Below are positions 55,452-64,000 of a DNA stretch of 64,000 bases, piece after piece. The first letter of the stretch is position 1. Every line of letters begins with the position of its first letter. The stretch spans positions 256,001 through 320,000 of the forward strand of contig CAVXWP010000016.1 in NCBI GenBank assembly GCA_963765495.1, given 5' to 3'. A model generated the notes under the pieces. It did no database searches and was not told where the DNA came from. It saw only the letters and a list, made by a program, of their open reading frames with translations. The translations under genes and the position numbers were made by a program. The stretch comes from Blastocatellia bacterium (GTDB lineage: Bacteria > Acidobacteriota > Blastocatellia > UBA7656).

Positions 55452-56045
55452 CTATCCGCCGCTGCTTTTTCTGAGTTCGAGCAACACCTGTTTGGCAACC
55501 GCCTTTAGCGTATCGAATACGCCTACGCCGCGATTGGCTACGGCTTCAAATACAGGCTCTCCGTTTTGCACAAGCTCGGACCTCAGATCATTGACCGGGA
55601 TGACATTTGGCAGGTCGCGCTTGTTGAGTTGAAGCACGAAAGGTATCTTGCCCGGATCATAGCCGTGCTGTTTGAGATTGGAATTCAGATTGAACAGCGA
55701 TTCGACATTGGCATCCATGCGTTCGCGTTGCGAATCGGCTACGAACACGACGCCGTCTACACCTTTGAGTATGAGCTTGCGGCTGGCATCATAGAATACC
55801 TGTCCGGGCACGGTGTAGAGATGAAAGCGGGTCTTGAACCCGCGGACTGTGCCCAGGTCGAGCGGCATAAAATCGAAAAACAACGTGCGGTCGGTTTCGG
55901 TAGCCAGGCTTATAAGCTTTCCCTTAGCCTGTGCCGCCGTCGAATCGTAGATGAATTGCAGATTTGTAGTCTTGCCGCCCAAACCGGGCCCGTAATATAC
56001 GATCTTGCAGTTGATCTCGCGCGATGCGTAGTTTATGAAGGTCAA
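55452..56045 (-). CDS. mglA: MglA small Ras-like GTPase
   Basis: [48 protein letters not shown]; TTG start. Confidence 0.95.
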   Translation of the reverse strand: MTFINYASREINCKIVYYGPGLGGKTTNLQFIYDSTAAQAKGKLISLATETDRTLFFDFMPLDLGTVRGFKTRFHLYTVPGQVFYDASRKLILKGVDGVVFVADSQRERMDANVESLFNLNSNLKQHGYDPGKIPFVLQLNKRDLPNVIPVNDLRSELVQNGEPVFEAVANRGVGVFDTLKAVAKQVLLELRKSSGG

Positions 56046-56135
56046 GGCTCTTATTCCTTATTTCTGGGCCGGTGAGGTTTGGGGCTTACTCCCGGTTTGT
56101 TCTCGATTTCACAGGGGCCTCGGCTCGTGTCTCCT

Positions 56136-56627
56136 TCAGTTAAAGAGCGCATCTATGTCTTCTTCGGTTATCTCGGCAAACGGCGAATCCACCATCATCC
56201 CGAAGTCGTGTTCACGCGCCACTTTTGCGTCTATGGTTTCAAAGATAGAGTTCATCTCGCCGGTCGCTCGCTTTACGCGCAGCCGCACAAGTCCCAGGCT
56301 TGAGCGCTCATCGAATATCACGACAAGGATGACGCGCGAGGCCACTATCGAGATGTGAATGTTATCACGCTCGCCTTCGTGCGAGAGTACGGGAAAGCCC
56401 CGCTCGCCGATCAGATGAGCCAGCCCGTCGGTTGCCGCGACGTTACCGGCCGTCAAACTCGCGAGGCTCGTGGTGTCGAGGTTGAGCATCTCTCCGTGTG
56501 CGGCTATCTGCTGGCCGTTTTTGTCTACCAGAAACACAAACTTGGCATTGGCATCCGCGCACAGGCGCGTTATCACGTGTTTGAGATGCGCATACTCCTC
56601 TTCATACATTACGACCGGAGTCGTCAT
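56136..56627 (-). CDS. mglB: MglB roadblock/LC7 GTPase-activating protein
   Basis: FLVDKNGQ, DTTSLASLTAGNVAAT, SSLGLVRLRVK, FAEITEEDIDALF. Confidence 0.94.
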   Translation of the reverse strand: MTTPVVMYEEEYAHLKHVITRLCADANAKFVFLVDKNGQQIAAHGEMLNLDTTSLASLTAGNVAATDGLAHLIGERGFPVLSHEGERDNIHISIVASRVILVVIFDERSSLGLVRLRVKRATGEMNSIFETIDAKVAREHDFGMMVDSPFAEITEEDIDALFN

Positions 56628-56825
56628 CGCTTCTCCTTAATATTCAACCGGTGCAAGGGAGGCCGTGCCAGTGAAGCGTTGAAGGCTTTTCTATTGCCCG
56701 CAGACCTGAATTTTTTGTCGGTGGGTCTGCCGGTATCTGGCACCTTAGCGAGATATTTCTAAAAGGGGCATTCGCGGGATGTGCATGATATAGCACACGC
56801 ATGAAACGAGTACAATACTTTTGTT

Positions 56826-56958
56826 GGCAGTGGTCAGTAGGCAACAAGCAGTAGGCAGTAAGCAGAAACGGAGTTGGGTACCACCTATTCAAGTGCATAC
56901 GCCGTAATCTCTTTAGCAGTAGTCGTCAGTTCTGTATCTGCTGCCTACTGCCTACTGC
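56826..56958. repeat. CAGTAGG/CCTACTG palindromic element, copy 2
   Basis: GGCAGTGGTCAGTAGGCAACAAGCAGTAGGCAG ... CTGCTGCCTACTGCCTACTGCC. Confidence 0.7.
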
Positions 56959-57018
56959 CCGCCGCTTGCCCGCGCTCAGGCGCAAAGGTATGATTTCTAT
57001 TATTAAGTGGAGGAAGAT

Positions 57019-58185
57019 ATGGAATCGAAATTTCTCAAGCATGTGGACCGCGACGAAATCGTAAGTATTGTCTGCGACCTTGTTCGAGTTGACACAACCA
57101 ACCCGCCCGGCAACGAATACCTCTGCAAAGAGGCGGTCGCCCGCGCTATTGAATCGCTCGGCATGGAGGTCTCTTATTATGAGAAAGAGCCGGGCCGCAC
57201 CAATGTAGTCGGTCGAATAGGGAAGGGAGAGAAATCCATAGGGTTCGTCTCTCACATGGATGTAGTGCCGCCGGGCGAGATTGAGCAATGGGATACGCCG
57301 CCTTTCGAGCCCACGATAAAGGACGGGCGCATTTACGGGCGCGGCACGCTTGACGACAAGGGATCGTTTGCCTGCGCCTATTCCGCGTGTAAGGCTTTCC
57401 TGGCCGAACACACCGATTTCGACGGCTCGATATATCTGATAGCGGCTGCCGATGAAGAGATGGGAAGCGAGCTTGGGATCATCTACCTGGTTGAGGAATG
57501 CGGATTGAAATTCGATGTGGCCATCATCCCCGACGGCGGACGAATGGACCTTTCCATCTATGGCGAGAAGGGCATACTCTGGGTCGAACTTGTAAGCACG
57601 GGCATACAGGCTCACGGTTCTACGCCGGAACTTGGCCGCAATTCCATAGTGCCGCTTGCGGAGCTTATCGCCGAGATCAAGTCGCTCGATCTCGGGGGCG
57701 ATTATGATCATTCATTCGACGGATGGACAATGAACGTAGGCACTATACAGGGCGGATCATCGACAAATACCGTGCCTGCGGTGACGCGCGCGACTATTGA
57801 TTTCCGGCTCCCCACGGGCATCACTAAACAGAGGGTGCTATCGGCCATCGAGCAGAAGATGGCCCGGGTACGCGAGCGTTCACCCGAAGCCGATCTGAGC
57901 GTTCGGGTGCTTCACGAAACCGAGCCTCACCTGTCGGATAAAAACTCCATCATCATCCGCAGCTTTGACAGCGCCGCGCGCCGGCTCGGGCTGCCGATGA
58001 ATTACGAGACATTCGGCGGCAACACCGTGGCGAAAAATCTCTATTTCGCAGGAATAACATCGGTTGTGCATTATCCGGGCGACGACAAACTCGCGCACGT
58101 GCCCAATGAGTTTGTGATCATCGATGAGTTAGTGCTGGGTTCTGTCCTGTACGCAGAAACTCTCGAAGCATATTTCTACGGTTGA
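57019..58185 (+). CDS. M20 family ArgE/DapE-like deacylase/peptidase
   Basis: SHMDVVP, GRGTLDDKG, ADEEMGS, AHGSTPELGRN, AHVPNE. Confidence 0.92.
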   Translation: MESKFLKHVDRDEIVSIVCDLVRVDTTNPPGNEYLCKEAVARAIESLGMEVSYYEKEPGRTNVVGRIGKGEKSIGFVSHMDVVPPGEIEQWDTPPFEPTIKDGRIYGRGTLDDKGSFACAYSACKAFLAEHTDFDGSIYLIAAADEEMGSELGIIYLVEECGLKFDVAIIPDGGRMDLSIYGEKGILWVELVSTGIQAHGSTPELGRNSIVPLAELIAEIKSLDLGGDYDHSFDGWTMNVGTIQGGSSTNTVPAVTRATIDFRLPTGITKQRVLSAIEQKMARVRERSPEADLSVRVLHETEPHLSDKNSIIIRSFDSAARRLGLPMNYETFGGNTVAKNLYFAGITSVVHYPGDDKLAHVPNEFVIIDELVLGSVLYAETLEAYFYG

Positions 58186-58658
58186 TGAAATTTTGCGGTC
58201 GGTTTGCGAGGATCGAATACTTATACACCCGCCCGGGTTTCCTCTGCCCGAAGATAGAACAAATGTGTAACGTGAATCAGATTAAAGTTCACCGATTCTA
58301 CCGCAAACAAATTCAGGTAAATGAATCGTATTATTCTTTCCGATCTTTTTAACACATTTGATAAAATTCCTTGTTACATTTACAAATTCAAAGAAATAGC
58401 CTTGAAATCATAGCTTTATCTTGCTAGTCTTCCATCAAAGAGCTAAATCGTAATTTGCGCTTTTTGTAAAACGTGCGGAGGGGATAAAGAGTATTTCGCC
58501 GTTTTACTGGTACAGATCAAGCACTGGGGATAGGTAATAAAGGGGAACAACCATGGCTGTGTTTTTTTGCAGTGATGGTTTTAGTGCATCTGTACCGCAA
58601 GAATTATATCTAGTTCTAATCCAAGATAAGAACAATAAGTGGAGCGGAGGTCAATAGT

Positions 58659-60077
58659 ATGGAAAGGCGAGTTGCACAAGAGGCGACTGTAGATCTTATA
58701 GACAGCGGCCAATTCCTAACTGCCGAAGAGATATTCTCTGAACGCAGGACAAACGATCCGATGGAAATGGTCATTCGTGCCGAGGTCGCGTTCTATTTCG
58801 GCAGGGATGATGCCGGGGCAGCGCTTCTGGAAGAGGTAGCGCCGAGGATCGAAGATCTTGATGTCGCCGCGAGATTTTCACTGGCCAGAGGCAGACTGGC
58901 TTTACAACAGGGCGATGAAGAACAGGCGGAAACACATCTTCAAACAGCCTATCACTTTTTCAGATTTCAGAACGATTCTTTTGGTTTGTCACAGGCTTTG
59001 TGTGAGCTTGCGCGGCTTGACCAGAGGCGCGGCAATCTCGACGAGGCGCTGGCAAAATTGAACACGGCGCTGGAAGGCATCAAAGGACGGGTAAGCAAGA
59101 AGTCGGAATTTCTGCGCGGTCTTGTAACAAGCGGGATTGCGTCGGTGACCGCCGACCGGGGCGATATCGAAGAAGCGATGGAGATATATTCGGAAGCGGC
59201 CCGGCTGCTGAAGAATACCGAGCGCGGTCGCTATTTCGGCACCGCTCTGCTCGGTATAGCCAATCTCAAATGCGCGCAGGGCGAATTTCAGGATTCGCTT
59301 GAAACCTATAAAGAAGCCAACACCGTTTACGAGCGTTATGACATCAAAAAGCTGTTGGCCGAAGGTCAGTTAAAGATGGCCTCAGCTCTGATAAGACTCA
59401 AACGATACGAGCGCGCAGAGAAGCTCGCCGAAGAAAGCCGCGAGCTGCGACAGGGCGATCCTGAAGGAGAGGGCCAGGCCCTTTCAGTGCTGGCAATCAT
59501 TGCGCTTCACAAGGATGAGTTGGATGAAGCCGTCAGCCGCTCTAACACTGCCATAGAGATGGCCGATCAAAGCAATTCGGCATCCACCCGCGCCCGCGCC
59601 CGCGTGGCTCAGGGACAGGTGAAGCTGGCCGAACACGAATTCGCCGAGGCGACCGAAGCCCTGACCGAAGCCGTGAGCCTTGCGCAACAGGCCAAGGGCG
59701 GAGCCGACAGCCGGCGTCTGGAGCTTGCGGCGATTCTCTATCTGGCCGAAGCCTATCACAGCGTAGATACGCGAGCCGGACGGGCCGAGCTTTTGCGGGC
59801 CAGCGAAATGCTGAACACCCTCGAAGATACCTGGCTCGGCGATGAGTACAACAGAGTCTCCGGGAAATACGAAGAACAGATCGTATTTACGGATGACAAC
59901 CGGCTGGTCTTCGACGGCAATCAGTTGCCCAGATGGCAGGAAGCCAAGCGAACACTGGAAGGCTTTCTGCTGCGCAATGCGCTCAGACAGACCAATAACA
60001 GTCTGACCCGCGCGGCTCGCAAACTCGGCGTATCAAAGGTTCACGTGCATAACCTGAAGAAGAAGCACGGACTGTAA
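58659..60077 (+). CDS. TPR-repeat protein with C-terminal Fis-type HTH (putative regulator)
   Basis: Many TPRs; C-terminal EAKRTLEGFLLRNALRQTNNSLTRAARKLGVSKVHVHNLKKKHGL (HTH_8-like); RBS GGAGG. Confidence 0.85.
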   Translation: MERRVAQEATVDLIDSGQFLTAEEIFSERRTNDPMEMVIRAEVAFYFGRDDAGAALLEEVAPRIEDLDVAARFSLARGRLALQQGDEEQAETHLQTAYHFFRFQNDSFGLSQALCELARLDQRRGNLDEALAKLNTALEGIKGRVSKKSEFLRGLVTSGIASVTADRGDIEEAMEIYSEAARLLKNTERGRYFGTALLGIANLKCAQGEFQDSLETYKEANTVYERYDIKKLLAEGQLKMASALIRLKRYERAEKLAEESRELRQGDPEGEGQALSVLAIIALHKDELDEAVSRSNTAIEMADQSNSASTRARARVAQGQVKLAEHEFAEATEALTEAVSLAQQAKGGADSRRLELAAILYLAEAYHSVDTRAGRAELLRASEMLNTLEDTWLGDEYNRVSGKYEEQIVFTDDNRLVFDGNQLPRWQEAKRTLEGFLLRNALRQTNNSLTRAARKLGVSKVHVHNLKKKHGL

Positions 60078-60102
60078 GCTCGGCAGCCGCTTAGACGGCC
60101 CC

Positions 60103-60167
60103 GGTTTAGTCACTCTGTTTAGTCAACTCTGGTTTAGTCGACTCTGGTTTAGTCGACTCTGGTTTAG
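60103..60167. repeat. 15-bp tandem repeat (GGTTTAGTCGACTCT), about 4.5 copies
   Basis: Located between convergent genes; the last unit supplies the kinase stop codon. Confidence 0.8.
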
Positions 60168-62638
60168 ATCGCGCCCGTCGCGGCGTTGATTTGTGTTGCC
60201 CGGTCGGGCAACAGTTGCTTCCAACGGCGCATGTTGGTTTGAAAGCTCTTTTTCAGGTTAGAGAGAACATTGGCCAGGTCATTGTCGTCGCGGAGTTTTT
60301 CCCAGACGGGATTACCGGCAAACCAGGGATAGTTCTCGTTTCCGAGATATATGGCTTTGCGGAGCCACGAAAGCGATTCGTCCCTTTCGCCCGCTACGGC
60401 AAAATAGGTGGCCAGGCGATATGCCATCTCAGAATCCGCCTCGGCAGCGGCCCGTATCTCTTCCGTTATGAGAGATTCATTTCCGTTGCTGAGGCCTTTC
60501 ATCACATAGCACATCCCGAGCACAGGATAGGCCAGCGGCAGATACGGACTCTCCTCCAGAACCGATTCCAGTGTTTGAATCGCCTGTCTTAAATCCCCCT
60601 GCCGAAATTGCAAATATCCGAGCGTGGTTCGCAACAGCGGATGCTTTGGATCAAGCACGAGCCCTTTGGCCGTTTCATCTAACGCCTGCTCAAGCTGCCC
60701 ACGGTAATGATATATGCGAGCGCGCTGATTGTAGACCATAGTCGCACCGGCCGGGTTCAGGCCGAGCGCGGCGCTGAATTCTTCAAGCGCCGGTTCATAG
60801 AGCCCGTCCAGCCGAAAGATGACTCCCGCTACGATGTGAACCTCGAAATGGTCGCTCGCCGTTTCGAGCAGATAGCGAACGCCGTGTCGCGCACTCTCTT
60901 TTTCTCCGCGCGCAAGCAATGTGTAGACGCGATAAAGATTCGCCTCCACAAGTTCCGGGTCGTATTCAAGCGCGCGATCAAAACACTTTTCCGCATCTAT
61001 CAGGTTGCTCAGATCGCCCAGCCCCTTTCGCGCATACTGCAAGTGAGTGAGCCCGAGACCGGAATGAGCGGGCGCAAATTCAGGGTCTCGCGCCAGCACC
61101 ACTCTGAATTTGCTTCTGGCCTCGTCCAGATCGTTGCGGCTGCTCGACCGCATCATGAAATTGGAGAGCAAGGCCCGCGCCTGCAAGTAGTCTTCGGCTG
61201 ACGGATGGCCGGGCGAAGCGGGCCGAGACGGTTGCAGATGATTTTCTCCCTTTATTGCGGCTATAACCTCGTCGCAAATTTCATTCTGTATGGCTACAAG
61301 GTCTAATGATTCCACCGTCATCTGGCCGCCTGCGCGAACCGCGCTCGATCCGGCGTCGAGCAATTGCCAGTTCAGCGAAAACCCTGCGTCGGATTGCGAG
61401 AAACTGCCCCTTAAGACGTGTCTTGCCTGAAGGCGTTTGCCCATCTCAAGCAAGTCTGTTGACGAGCCCGCAACCGATGTCGCGACGCTTGACGGACGCA
61501 CGACAAGCGAAGGCAACCGCGCAAGGCGCGTAGCGATTGCGTCAGCAAGCGCAAAACCATAGAAGGGCGCAACGGGTTCGCTTCCCAGGTTTGTAAACGG
61601 CAGCACGGCGATGGATTGCTCGGGCGCGACATCTGCGTCTGCGCCGAGAAATCGTTCGGCCAGCGTAGAAAGCAATCCCGCTTTCCTTGCGTGCTCGATC
61701 TTATACGGTTCTATCTTGTACGGCTCGACGCCGACCACAGACAGCGGCGCACTGGACTCTCCCGAGATGAGACCTGCTTCAACACTCACAGTCTTCATCA
61801 CGGTTTTGAGCGCCTCTCGAATCTCTGCCGCCGAATCGAAGCGACCGGATGGATTTTTTGCCATCGCCTTCAGGATTACGCCCCCGAACTCCGGGGAAAG
61901 CTCCGGGCGTCGTTCGGAGAGCGGGCGCGGCTCGGAGTATTGAATTGCGCGTGCGACCTGGGTCTGCGCAACACCCGGCTCAAGAAACGGATGAGCGCCA
62001 GTGAGCATCTCGTAAAGGAGAACGCCAAAGGCGAAGATGTCGCTTTGTTCGCTGCTGCGGCCGGTCACAAACTGCTCCGGGGCCATGTAGGCGACCGTGC
62101 CTACTCTGGCCGAGGCCGAAGGCTTCCCGGCCCGTCGCGCCCCGGCCTTTACTCGAAGTTCTTCGGCCGCCTTTCGCTTCGCCAGCCCGAAATCGAGTAT
62201 CTTTACAAGCCCCGCATCTGAAATGATGATGTTGGCGGGTTTGAGGTCGCGGTGCAGGATGCCAAGTTTGTGAGCCGCGCTCAAACCATCGGCAATCTGT
62301 ATCGCTATCGAAAGCGCGATTTGCAGGTTTAACCCTCCCGCCTCGATCAGATTGTCGAGTGTCTGCCCCGATACGTATTGCATCACGATGAATGCCTGTC
62401 CCTCAAATTCGTTTACTTCATATATCGAGCAGACGTTCGGATGTTCGATAGCCGAAGCCAGACGAGCTTCGGCCAGGACTATCTCGCGCATCTCGCCGCT
62501 CGATGCCTTACCGCGTCTGAGCGCCTTCAACACCACCGGGCGCATCAATCGGGTATCGTTCGCATAATAGACGATGCCGCCGCTCCCCTCGCCGAGCCGG
62601 CTGATGATTTCGTATTGATTTATGGTTTTCGGTTTCAT
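60164..62638 (-). CDS. Ser/Thr protein kinase with TolB-like and TPR domains
   Basis: LGEGSGGIVY, VVLK, HRDLKPAN, DFGLAK, YMAPE; SIAVLPF.N; C-terminal TPRs. Confidence 0.94.
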   Translation of the reverse strand: MKPKTINQYEIISRLGEGSGGIVYYANDTRLMRPVVLKALRRGKASSGEMREIVLAEARLASAIEHPNVCSIYEVNEFEGQAFIVMQYVSGQTLDNLIEAGGLNLQIALSIAIQIADGLSAAHKLGILHRDLKPANIIISDAGLVKILDFGLAKRKAAEELRVKAGARRAGKPSASARVGTVAYMAPEQFVTGRSSEQSDIFAFGVLLYEMLTGAHPFLEPGVAQTQVARAIQYSEPRPLSERRPELSPEFGGVILKAMAKNPSGRFDSAAEIREALKTVMKTVSVEAGLISGESSAPLSVVGVEPYKIEPYKIEHARKAGLLSTLAERFLGADADVAPEQSIAVLPFTNLGSEPVAPFYGFALADAIATRLARLPSLVVRPSSVATSVAGSSTDLLEMGKRLQARHVLRGSFSQSDAGFSLNWQLLDAGSSAVRAGGQMTVESLDLVAIQNEICDEVIAAIKGENHLQPSRPASPGHPSAEDYLQARALLSNFMMRSSSRNDLDEARSKFRVVLARDPEFAPAHSGLGLTHLQYARKGLGDLSNLIDAEKCFDRALEYDPELVEANLYRVYTLLARGEKESARHGVRYLLETASDHFEVHIVAGVIFRLDGLYEPALEEFSAALGLNPAGATMVYNQRARIYHYRGQLEQALDETAKGLVLDPKHPLLRTTLGYLQFRQGDLRQAIQTLESVLEESPYLPLAYPVLGMCYVMKGLSNGNESLITEEIRAAAEADSEMAYRLATYFAVAGERDESLSWLRKAIYLGNENYPWFAGNPVWEKLRDDNDLANVLSNLKKSFQTNMRRWKQLLPDRATQINAATGAI

Positions 62639-62678
62639 AACTGAAACCTCCTTAAGTAAAACGAAACGCCAAAAGAGT

Positions 62679-62709
62679 CGAGGCCGCGCTACAATTCAAC
62701 GCGGCCTCG
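62679..62709 (-). terminator. Hairpin/terminator between the DUF4032-like gene and the kinase
   Basis: CGAGGCCGCG...CGCGGCCTCG 10-bp stem followed on the minus strand by ACTCTTTT. Confidence 0.55.
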
Positions 62710-62780
62710 GCATAAAATTATTCATCATTTTAAGGCGTCTGCTCAAACAAACGCATCTGTGCCGCGCGGGGTGCGGCTGA

Positions 62781-63092
62781 TCAAGCGACCCTGACACTTG
62801 CGACCGGACGGCTCATACGGCGCAACTGATCGAGTATGGAAAGGCGCAACGAGGTGTTTGAAAGCGGGCGGATATTTTCGAAATAATCTACCGCCGCAAC
62901 GCGCAACCCGACATCTCGACCGAGGCGCTCGCTCAGATACCACTTGTGTTCAAGCAGGCGCGGCCACACGACGAGTGCTGCCTTCTGAGACAGCCTCACG
63001 CCGGCCAGCCGCCTGAGCGCCCGCTGTTCGCGTCCGCCGTTTTCATTAAGCGTCTGCTCGATGACCTGATCTAATCTGAACGGTATTGGCAT
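62781..63092 (-). CDS. DUF4032-like small protein
   Basis: LLEHKWYLSERLGRDVGL..AA.DY motif; RBS AAGGAGG. Confidence 0.8.
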   Translation of the reverse strand: MPIPFRLDQVIEQTLNENGGREQRALRRLAGVRLSQKAALVVWPRLLEHKWYLSERLGRDVGLRVAAVDYFENIRPLSNTSLRLSILDQLRRMSRPVASVRVA

Positions 63093-63296
63093 AACCAATC
63101 CTCCTTTTGCCTGCTCGCGTGCGGGTCGCGGCCCCAGGCCGCGATCTTGCCTCCGGCAGGCTAGCGCACATTAATAGCGTAGTCGAAGCCCTGACCGGAG
63201 TCCAATTCATTGTTTTAATCCGGTCCATCAAATATGATAATCGCTCTAAACGGCGAGCGAATAGAGGCTTTAGCAGCGAGTCAAGGCGAGGTCCGT

Positions 63297-64000
63297 ATGG
63301 AGATGTCACATTTACGCACGTTTCGCGTGGTGGCCGAAACACTCAATTTCACGCGCGCATCCGAGCGATTGCACCTCACGCAATCGGCGGTCAGCCATCA
63401 GATAAAGGCGCTCGAAGAGGAATTAGGCGAGCCGCTTTTCATCCGCGCAAAACGCGGCGTAAAGCTGTCGCAGGCCGGGCAGGTGGCGCTCGAATATGCC
63501 GAGCGAATTCTCGGCGAGGCCGAAGCACTGCGCGAACGCCTCGCCGGACGAGAGCGCGCGGCAGTGGGGAGAGTGCGCGCGGCGGCGGCGACTCAGGCAT
63601 TCGTTCATCTGTTTGCGCCGTTGTTTGAATCCTTCATGCGCGAGCACGAGAAGATAGAGCTTTCATTTCACACGACGGTCACAACCGAGCAGACCATCTC
63701 CGATATTCTAAACGGTGTGGCCGATGTGGGGTTTGCATCTCTGCCGGTTTATTCCCCCTCGTTGCAGATGACCGAGTTGTTTGAAGACGAACTGGTTCTG
63801 GTCGTAGGTCACTCTCACGCGTTTGCGGCGAGGCAAGCGGCTTCGATTGAAGAGATCGAACGTGAGCGGCTGGTGCTGTTTGAGCGTGGCGCTTCGATTC
63901 GCCGCGCCACCGACGAGTTCTTCCGTCGCGTCCGTATACGGCCCGAGATGGCGCTCGAATCAAATGACACATATTTCATAAAGCTTATGGTAGAACACGG
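63297..64000 (+). CDS. LysR-family transcriptional regulator (3' end beyond window)
   Basis: Absent from the ORF track. ATG 63297 gives MEMSHLRTFRVVAETLNFTRASERLHLTQSAVSHQIKALEEELGEPLFIR. Confidence 0.93.
   Translation, partial: MEMSHLRTFRVVAETLNFTRASERLHLTQSAVSHQIKALEEELGEPLFIRAKRGVKLSQAGQVALEYAERILGEAEALRERLAGRERAAVGRVRAAAATQAFVHLFAPLFESFMREHEKIELSFHTTVTTEQTISDILNGVADVGFASLPVYSPSLQMTELFEDELVLVVGHSHAFAARQAASIEEIERERLVLFERGASIRRATDEFFRRVRIRPEMALESNDTYFIKLMVEH

Noticed and set aside
58533-58550. GGTAATAAAGGGGAAC resembling 25498-25515 and the ECF-like motif
   Set aside because: The second box (CGKCAACTT) is missing at the 12-nt spacing; likely chance.
60103-60167. Short repeat array as possible CRISPR
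   Set aside because: Units are directly tandem with no spacers, and there are no cas genes.
63107-63972. ORFs 63107-63628, 63423-63647 and 63679-63972
   Set aside because: They are out-of-frame or antisense overlaps of the LysR gene starting at 63297.

Overview
Chromosomal window from a moderately GC-rich bacterium. Gene content (GWxTD protein, acidobacterial-type VWA protein, TPR-CHAT/ECF sigma cassette, TPR Ser/Thr kinase, MglAB) suggests Acidobacteriota, probably Blastocatellia; this is inference. About 45 CDSs are supportable: housekeeping genes (tatA/tatC, mreB-like, tkt, folD, fabF/acp, acyl-CoA metabolism, mglBA, peptidases) and two accessory regions. (1) An AT-richer island at about 14.1-16.7 kb holds an XRE-HTH regulator, a TPR protein and a small exported Cys-motif peptide in a tightly overlapping arrangement. 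It also has face-to-face sigma70 promoters and a structured stretch with no convincing ORF. This is the best candidate for an undescribed peptide-signalling system. (2) A 22.7-31.7 kb cassette holds an atypical ECF sigma, a double-zinc-finger anti-sigma, an exported TPR-CHAT protease and an FG-GAP surface protein. It carries a thrice-repeated bipartite promoter-like motif and two duplicated gene stubs. Also noted: two TPR + Fis-type HTH regulators lacking an AAA+ domain, an spt-like/fabF/acp cluster, a frameshifted outer-membrane beta-barrel gene, and many intergenic palindromes built from short tandem repeats. No rRNA, tRNA, CRISPR array or transposase was recognised. All family calls come from motif reading, not database searches.
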